From assembly GCF_039654945.1 (NCBI RefSeq), contig NW_027361898.1, positions 5,394,001 through 5,458,000 on the forward strand: 64,000 bases of DNA. Reading direction: 5' to 3'. The stretch comes from Dendrobates tinctorius (Eukaryota). Below the pieces are notes generated by a model. It did not search any database and was not told the DNA's origin. It saw only the letters and a program-made list of their open reading frames with translations. Both the position numbers and the translations under genes were made by a program. Positions 55,996 through 64,000 of this stretch are shown in pieces (position 1 is the stretch's first letter; the number at the start of each line of letters is the position of its first letter).

Positions 55996-57119
55996 GGCAT
56001 ACACGTTCTATATAAACTTTACTTCTAAAGAACATGTTTGAAGCTCTGTTACAGAACAACAGACATAAAGTCACAAGATGTGAGAAATTAATAGGATGGG
56101 AATTTATTTGAAGCCATAACGATCTGCACTGGATTTAGCTCCACAGAATCTAGGAATGAGACGTAACTTTGCATATCGTGTTAGACTACGTAACCCATTA
56201 CCTCTACTGTCCATTATATAATGTCACATATATTAAGGTTGGAATTACAGTATTGTGATAATAATTAACACTGTAGGAGAGAAAAGTGTCAATAGAGTCT
56301 TATCCAATGGAAATATTAAAGAATACAATCAGACTGCACTCACCTGATGTATTTTAGACAAGAGCATTATCCGAGAAGTATCATTTCTAAGGAGAAATGT
56401 ATTCAGGATTGAGAGTCCTCAGTAGTTGATACCTTTTAATGGCTAACTGAAAAGATGGTAACACATTGCAAGCTTTCGAGACTACTCAGGTCTCTTCATC
56501 AGGCTAGACTAATACAAAATCTGAAGTCACATATTTATGCACAATACAGCCTAGAAAAAATGCAATAGATAAGACAAGTGACGTGAAGCAGAACTATCAA
56601 TATGGGAGAGGGAAAAACATAAATATAAACATTGGACCAGTTCATAGATAAGGAGTCCGGATGTTTTATGGTCCTCTGATTGGGGTCTAGTTTTAAAAGG
56701 AAATTCCTTAATTGATGTAAAAAGACATAAATCCATGCGACACATTCATTCCAGCACTGAGAGTGTCAAAGTTCGTCATAAATTTGTACTTCCAAACTCG
56801 TCTCTCTCTCTGAGAATTGAAGTTACCTTTCAATACCAGTAATTTCATATCCACGCTGCTGTGATCAGGGATACAGAAATGTTTTGCCACAGGTAGATCC
56901 ATTCTTTTTTCTCTTATTGTGTGACGATGAGCATTCATCCTTGTTCTAAGCTTTTGCCCAGTCTCCCCCACATACAGACCCCCAGTTGGACATTTAGTAC
57001 AAATAATTAAGTACACCACATTAGATGTAATGCAGGTGAAAGTACCTGGGATCTTGTAGTCCTGATGTGAGTTGGGGATCTTTATCTTGTCCGTGGTCAT
57101 TATAAATGGACAGGTTTTG

Positions 57120-58652
57120 GAAATCCAGGAAGACCAATTATTTCATGTGTGGGCACCCTCACTGAGTAGGTATCTGGATGGGTAGAGGGTATTCTTAAAC
57201 CACTGGTGAAGGATACATCCAGCTACATTCAGGACACAACTGACCTATTGAATAAACTAGCAGCAATAGGTCCTCTACCAGAAGGAACCATCCTGGCCAC
57301 CATGGATGTGGAATCTTTGTACACTAATATCCCACACCAAGATGGTTTAAATGCCTGCAAATTCTTCATGGAAAACACAGGGACTGATGCTGATGCTGTG
57401 GTGAGACTTATAAAATTCATCCTCACCCACAATTACTTTGAATTTGACAACAGGATCTATCTACAGGAGACTGGCACAGCTATGGGAAGTAAAATGGCTC
57501 CACAGTATGCAAATCTTTTCATGGCAAAGCTTGAAAGCGACTTTTTGTCCTCATGCCCCATCAGGCCCCTGGCCTACTACCGCTTCATTGATGATATTTT
57601 AATCATCTGAGCAACAGCTAAAGACGTTCCACGAACAGTTTAATCAATTTCATCCCACCATCAATTTAACACTCAACTACTCCAGCACTGAGATTAATTT
57701 TTTGGACACCATCATTAAGCTAAAAAACAATGAAATAGAGACATCCCTGTATCAGAAGCCAATCGACCGTCCAACATACCTTAAATGGGACACTTTCCAT
57801 CCAAAACACATAAAGAACTCTATTATCTATAGCCAAGCCATCAGATACAATCGTATATGTTCCAACCCCATGGATAGAGACAAACACCTTGGTCGCCTCA
57901 AAAAGACCTTTTTAAATCAGGGTTACCATCCAAGAACAATTGAAAACCAAATTACAAGAGCCACCAGAATGTCAAGGAATCACCTGCTAAATTACAAAGC
58001 TAAAGAAGAAAATAACCGAGTGCCTCTAGTGGTCACCTACAATCCAAATCTGGAGGAGCTAAGGGGAGCTGCACGGAAATTACAACCTTTACTACAAAAA
58101 GATGCCCGATTAAAATCCATTTTTCCAGACCCCCCACTGCTGTGTTTTAGGCAGCCCCCAAATTTAAGAAGCATCATTGTCAGAAGCTCCCTGTCCTCTC
58201 CAACAGCTGCAGGAACCTTTCCTTGCAACCAGAAAAAATGTAAAACCTGTCCATTTATAATGACCACGGACAAGATAAAGATCCCCAACTCACATCAGGA
58301 CTACAAGATCCCAGGTACTTTCACCTGCATTACATCTAATGTGGTGTACTTAATTATTTGTACTAAATGTCCAACTGGGGGTCTGTATGTGGGGGAGACT
58401 GGGCAAAAGCTTAGAACAAGGATGAATGCTCATCGTCACACAATAAGAGAAAAAAGAATGGATCTACCTGTGCCAAAACATTTCTGTATCCCTGATCACA
58501 GCAGCGTGGATATGAAATTACTGGTATTGAAAGGTAACTTCAATTCTCAGAGAGAGAGACGAGTTTGGGAGTACAAATTTATGACGAACTTTGACACTCT
58601 CAGTGCTGGAATGAATGTGTCGCATGGATTTATGTCTTTTTACATCAATTAA
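57120..58652 (+). pseudogene. Penelope RT-GIY-YIG ORF, disrupted
   Basis: Begins mid-RT at NPGRPIIS; in-frame TAG near 57166; frameshift near 57608 between the ORFs at 57206-57610 and 57702-58652. Confidence 0.9.
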
Positions 58653-58853
58653 GGAATTTCCTTTTAAAACTAGACCCCAATCAGAGGACCATAAAACATC
58701 CGGACTCCTTATCTATGAACTGGTCCAATGTTTATATTTATGTTTTTCCCTCTCCCATATTGATAGTTCTGCTTCACGTCACTTGTCTTATCTATTGCAT
58801 TTTTTCTAGGCTGTATTGTGCATAAATATGTGACTTCAGATTTTGTATTAGTC

Positions 58854-58895
58854 TAGCCTGATGAAGAGACCTGAGTAGTCTCGAAAGCTTCCAAT
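58854..58895 (+). ncRNA. Minimal hammerhead-ribozyme-like motif of the Penelope 3' region (inverse copy at about 56465-56506)
   Basis: CTGATGA-A-GAGAC-ctgagta-GTCTC-GAAAGCTT; palindromic AGCT helix III; helix I is weak. Confidence 0.6.
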
Positions 58896-59061
58896 GTGTT
58901 ACCATCTTTTCAGTTAGCCATTAAAAGGTATCAACTACTGAGGACTCTCAATCCTGAATATTTTTCTATCCACTGGCTAACACGGTACAAAGATATACAT
59001 CTTTCCTGTATCAATAAGGAGAAATGATATTTCTTGGATATCGGTCAGACGCCTCCCACAC

Positions 59062-59145
59062 AGCCAAACCAGATCTCACACTTTGCACTGATGAGGGGCA
59101 GTACCCTGAAACACAGTGTCTGCAAATTGAGATTCTGGATTGGCT
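59062..59145 (+). ncRNA. Type I hammerhead ribozyme
   Basis: Stem I TTTGCA/TGCAAA extended by AGCCAA-CCAGA-TCTCA pairing; core CTGATGA 59088-59094; stem II GGGG-cagta-CCCT; GAAA; stem III ACAC-A-GTGT; GTC cleavage triplet ending at 59120. Confidence 0.9.
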
Positions 59146-59164
59146 TTTATCCTAAGTCATGTAA

Positions 59165-59511
59165 GGCCTGTTTCACACTTCAGTTTTTTCTTGTCAGTTA
59201 AAATCCGCCAAAATGGGAGAGAGAGTTTTTTGTACCGTCCGCCAGAAATGATTTCAGCGTTAAATTTCCGGCTGAGATTATTCCTCCGAGCATGCGCAGT
59301 ACAAACATGCGGATCCTTCAGCCAAAAAAACCTTACAAGCTCCGTCTGGGCATGTCGGTGGAAGCAAAAAAATTGCCGGATCCGCAAAAAAACGCTAGTA
59401 ATGCAAGTCAATGGGAAAAAAACGGATCCGCCAAACAAAATGGCAGATCCTTTTTTTTTGGAAAACGGCGGATCTTGACTGACGGAAAAAAACTGAAGTG
59501 TGAAATAGGCC
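59165..59511. mobile_element. MITE, PIF/Harbinger-like, nested in the retrozyme-like element
   Basis: TIRs GGCCTGTTTCACACTTCAGTTTTT, TAA duplication. Confidence 0.88.
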
Positions 59512-59698
59512 TAACAAGGCTCGTTAAAGGGTCGACATTGACTTTTAGGATTGCTACTTCCAGTAGGTGGCACTAGAGTTCTGGTCCTCTTCTTCTCTGA
59601 AGAGACAATTTGCATAATTAGACAAGAGATTGTAACCCATCAAAATCGACAGTTGCTGCAGATCCACAGGTCAAACTGGTGACCTAAACGTAGTATAA

Positions 59699-59928
59699 AA
59701 ACTGGGTTATCTGTGGATACTTTCCACGCTACTGTGCAGATTGAAAACCAAACAGGTCGGTAGATGAAAAAAATGGTGATCTAATCTATATAATCACCTG
59801 AAGAAGATGTCCTGTTTGACTTCGAAACATATTGAGATTGTGAATAAATCACCATTTTTTCATCTATTGACCTGTTTGGTTTTCAATCCGCACAGTAGCG
59901 TGGAAAGTATCCACAGATATCCCAGTTT
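59699..59928 (+). mobile_element. Small fold-back element with a decayed hammerhead in its loop (Penelope-like 3' end remnant)
   Basis: About 80-bp inverted arms 59699-59780 and 59848-59928; CTGAAGA-AGATGTC-ctgttt-GACTTC-GAAACATATT-GAGATT; GTAGTAT on both flanks. Confidence 0.65.
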
Positions 59929-60199
59929 CTGTAGTATTGTGATAATGCAGGGAATGATGTAAACTGGGACAAAGAGTAAACATAACAGGAGAGCAGAACA
60001 AACTAAGAATTTTGCCGTGACTGACACCACCCAGAAACAGATGCACATCCAGCTTTTCAGAACAGTGAAACAGCAATGTAAAAATATCAAGACAAACAAA
60101 CAAGGAGACAATGAAGAAAATGCTAAATCAACAATCCCCCCCTCCATTCTCTTACGCATATGTATCCCCAGGCAGGGGCAATATTATAGTAGTAGTTAT

Positions 60200-60455
60200 T
60201 TTATTATGCTTTGCTTATATAGCGCCATTAATTCCACAGCACTTTACATGCATTATCATCTCTGTCCCCGATGGGGCTCACAATCTAGATTCCCTATCAG
60301 TATGTCTTTGGAGTGTGGGAGGAAACTGGAGTACCCGGAGGAAACCCACGCAAACATGGGGAGAACATACAAACTCCTTGCAGATGTTGTCCTTGGTGGG
60401 ATTTGAAGCCCGGGCCCAAACGCTGCAAGGCCGCAGTGCTATCCACTGAGCCACC
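60200..60455 (-). mobile_element. tRNA-derived SINE (V-SINE-like) with an L2-like tail
   Basis: Minus strand: A box TGGCTCAGTGG, B box GCTTCAAATCC, central GTGGGTTTCCTCCGGGTACTCCAGTTTCCTCCCAC, 3' TGTAAAGTGCTGTGGAAT...GCGCTATA. Confidence 0.85.
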
Positions 60456-60456
60456 A

Positions 60457-62312
60457 GTTATATTCTTATACATAGGGGGCAGTATTATAGTAATTATATT
60501 CTTGTACATAGGGGCAGTATTATAGTAGTTATATTCTTGTACATAGGGGACAGTATTATAGTAGTTATATTCTTGTACATAGGGTGCAGTATTATAGTAG
60601 TTATATTCTTGTATATAGGGGGCAGTATTATAGTAGTTATATTCTTGTACATAGGAGGCAGTATTATAGTAGTTATATTCTTGTACATAGGGGGCAGTAT
60701 TATAGTAGTTATATTCTTGTACATAGGGGCAGTATTATAGTAGTTATATTATTGTATATTGGAACAGTATTATAGTAGTTATATTCTTGTACATAGGGTG
60801 CAGTATTATAGTAGTTATATTCTTGTATATAGGGGGCAGTATTATAGTAGTTATATTCTTGTACATAGGAAGCAGTATTATAGCAGTTATATTCTTGTGC
60901 ATAGGGGGCAGTATTATAGTAGTTATATTCTTGTACATAGGGGCAGTATTATAGTAGTTATATTCTTGTACATAGGGGGCAGTATTATAGTAGTTATATT
61001 CTTGTACATAGGGGGCAGTATTATAGTACTTATATTCTTTTACATAGGGGCAGTATTATATTAGCTATATTCTTGTACATAGGGACAGTATTATAGTAGT
61101 TATATTCTTGTACATAGGGAGCAGTATTATAGTAGTTATATTCTTGTACATAGGGAGCAGTATTATAGTAGTTATATTCTTGTACATAGGGGCAGTATTA
61201 TAGTAGTTATATTCTTGTACATAGGGGCAGTATTATAGTAGTTATATTCTTGTACATAGTGGGCAGTATTATAGTAGTTATATTCTTGTACATAGGGACA
61301 GTATTATAGTAGTTATATTCTTGTACATAGGGGGCAGTATTATAGTAGTTATATTCTTGTACATAAGGGCAGTATTATAGTAGTTATATTCTTGTACATA
61401 GGGGACAGTATTATAGTAGTAATATTCCTGTACATAGGGGCAGTATTATAGTAGTTATATTCTTGTACATAGGAGCAGTATTATAGTAGTTATATTCTTG
61501 TACATAGGAGCAGTATTATAGTAGTTATATTCTTGTACATAGGGGGCAGTATTATAGTAGTTATATTCTTGTACATAGGAGCAGTATTATAGTAGTTATA
61601 TCCTTGTACATAGGAGCAGTATTAGGCCGGGGTCACACTTGCGAGAAACTCGCATGAGTCTCGTGTGTCAATACCCGGCACTGCCACTGGCACTCGGGAC
61701 CGGAGTGTGCGGCTGCATGTATTTCTATGCAGTTGAGCACTTCGGTCCGAGTGCCAGCGGCAGTGTCGGGTATTGAGATGCGAGACTTGTACTAGTTTTT
61801 CGCATGTGTGACCCCGGCCTTATAGTAGTTATATTCTTGTACATAGAGGGCGGTATTATAGTAGATATATTCTTGTACATAGAAGCAGTATTATAGTAGT
61901 TATATTCTTGTACATAGGAGCAGTATTATAGTAGTTATATTCTTATACATAGGGGCAGTATTATAGTAGTTATATTCTTATACATAGGGGTCAGTATTAT
62001 AGTAGTAATATTCTTATACATAGGGGGCAGTATTATAGTAACTATATTCTTGTACATAGGACCAGTATTATAATAGTTATATTCTTGTACATAGAGGGCG
62101 GTATAATAGTAGCTATATTCTTGCACATAGGGGGCAGTATTATAGTAGTTCTATTATTTTACATAGGAGCAGTATTATAGTAGCTTTATTCTTGTACATA
62201 GAGGCAGTATTAGTTATATTCTTTTACATAGGTGGCAGTATTATAGTAGTTATATTCTTGTACATAGGGGCAGTATTATAGCAGTTATTGTCCTGTGCAT
62301 AGGGGCAGTATT
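60457..62312. repeat. 36-37 bp AT-rich minisatellite
   Basis: Same unit as 40960-41762; interrupted by a MITE. Confidence 0.95.
61625..61819. mobile_element. Palindromic MITE, PIF/Harbinger-like
   Basis: GGCCGGGGTCACAC / GTGTGACCCCGGCC termini, TTA duplication. Confidence 0.88.
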
Positions 62313-62528
62313 ATGCTGGAGTCACACTAGAGAGGTATACAGACGAGTGCTATGCGATAAAAAAAATCGCATATTATATCGTATTATACATGCCAGTGAA
62401 ATCGCAGCATGCTGTGATTTGCACCGTATATCGACCGAAACTCACCAATAAAAGTCTATGGGTGCGAGAGAAAAAAATTGCACAGCACTTGCACCATGCA
62501 AGTGCTGTCTGATTTTTACGCACTGGTA

Positions 62529-63012
62529 CAGTGCCTTGCGAAAGTTTTCGGCCCCCTGGAACTTTTCAACCTTTTCCCACAAACATGCTTCAAACATAAA
62601 GATACCAAATGTAAATTTTTGGTGAAGAATCAACAACAAGTGGAACATAATTGGGAAGTTGAACAAAATTTATTGGTTATTTAAAATTTTTATGGAAATT
62701 CAAAAACTGAAAAGTGGGGCGTGCAATATTATTCGGCCCCTTTACTTTCAGTGCAGCAAACTCACTCCAGAAGTTCATTGTGGATCTCTGAATGATCCAA
62801 TGTTGTCCTAAATGAGTAATGATGATAAATATAATCCACCTGTGTGTAATTGAGTTTCCGTATAAATGCACCTGCTCTGTGATAGTCTCAGGGTTCTGTT
62901 TGAAGCACAGAGAGCATCATGAAGACCAAGGAACACAACAGGCAGGTCCGTGATACTGTTGTGGAGAAGTTTAAAGCCGGATTTGGATACAAAATGATTT
63001 CCAAAACTTTAA
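62529..63012 (+). mobile_element. 5' part of a Tc1 element (Passport-like N-terminus), itself inserted in a MITE starting near 62314
   Basis: TA-CAGTGCCTTGCGAAAG terminus; ATG at 62919 gives MKTKEHNRQVRDTVVEKFKAGFGYKMISKTL, then interrupted at TTAA. Confidence 0.85.
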
Positions 63013-64000
63013 CCCCTTCACTGCCAAGGGTGGTTTGCACGTTAACTCCCGGGCCAATTTTTACAATTCTGACCACTGTCCCTTTATGAGGTAATAACTC
63101 TGAAACGCTTCCATGGATCCCAGTGATTATGACTTTGTTTTCTCGTGACATATTGTACTTCATGTTAGTGGTAAAATTTCATTCAAATAACTTGCGTTTA
63201 TTTGTGAAAAAAACAGAAATTTGGCGAAAATTTTTAAAATTTTCCAATTTTCCAACTTTGAATTTTTATGCCCTTAAATCACAGAGATATGGCACACAAA
63301 AACTTGATAAGTAACATTTCCCACATGTTTCCTTTACATCAGCACAATTTTGGAACCAAAATTTTTTTTTGTTAGGAAGTTATAAGGGTTAAAAGTTGAC
63401 CAGCGATTTCTCATTTTTGCAACACCATTTTATTTTTACGGACCACATCACATTTGAAGCCACTTTGAGCGGTCTATATGATAGAAAATACCCAAAAGTG
63501 ACACCATTCTAAAAACTGCACCCCTTAAGGTGCTAAAAACCACATTCAAGAAGTTTATTAACCCTTCAGGTGCGTCACAGGAATTTTTTTGAATATTTAA
63601 AAAAAAATGAACATTTAACTTTTTTTCACAAAAAAAATACTTCAAGTTCAATTTTTTTTATTTTACCAAGGGCAACAGGAGAAATTGGACTGCAAAAGTT
63701 ATTATGCAGTTTGTCCTGAGTACGCTGTTATGTGGGGGGAACCACTGTTTCGGCGCATGGCAGAGCTCAGAAGGGAAGGAGCGCCGTTTGACTTTTTCAA
63801 TGCAAAATTGGCTGGAATTCAGATCGGACGCCATGTCACGTTTGGTGAGCCCCTGATGTACCTAAACAGTGGAAACCCCCCACAAGTGACCCCATTTTGG
63901 AAACTAGACCCCCCAAGGAACTTATCTAGATGTGTGGTGAGAACTTTGAACCCACAAGGGTTTCACAGAAGTTTATAACGTACAGCCGTACAATTAAAAA
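63013..64000. mobile_element. TTAA-inserted non-coding DNA element (piggyBac-like terminus), runs off the window
   Basis: TTAA-CCCCTT junction exactly where the Tc1 reading frame is lost; other end not visible. Confidence 0.6.

Larger units (their letters stand above)
56400..59014 (+). mobile_element. Penelope-like retroelement (Neptune-type), 5'-truncated with an inverted 3' copy at its 5' end
   Basis: RT (GTAMGSKMAPQYANLFM, YRFIDD), Cys-rich linker CNQKKCKTC, GIY-YIG nuclease (VVYLIIC...LYVGETG); 56400-57118 is the inverse of 58242-58960; 12-bp TAAGGAGAAATG duplication. Confidence 0.94.
56365..59617 (+). mobile_element. Short retrozyme/satellite-2-like element (about 276 bp after removing two nested insertions)
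   Basis: 11-bp TTAGACAAGAG duplication at 56354-56364 and 59618-59628; contains a type I hammerhead, an octamer and a CTCF-like motif; no coding capacity. Confidence 0.75.

Overview
Repeat-rich vertebrate genomic DNA, most likely an anuran amphibian (inferred from the transposon, MITE and minisatellite families). Four spliced genes can be reconstructed by hand with GT-AG junctions and consistent phases: the 3' five exons of COQ4 (+, 4793-8070); an uncharacterised 17-exon gene of about 1062 aa combining ARM-like repeats, three FN3 domains and a long low-complexity tail (-, 32078-10695), head-to-head with PAXX; PAXX (+, 34065-37847, 202 aa); and CLIC3 (-, 54446-39597, 238 aa), whose glutaredoxin-like active-site Cys is replaced (GANPFS). 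The rest is Tc1/mariner elements (one intact DD34E, one near-intact DD37E), L2 and CR1 LINE fragments, a SINE, a solo LTR, MITEs and many minisatellites, which explain most long ORFs in the track. Upstream of CLIC3 is a nest of hammerhead-ribozyme-bearing elements: a short retrozyme/satellite-2-like element with a canonical type I hammerhead, into which a Penelope-like retroelement and a MITE have inserted. Two tandem arrays of CTCF-like motifs flank the first CLIC3 exon. All gene and family names come from recalled homology; no database search was run.
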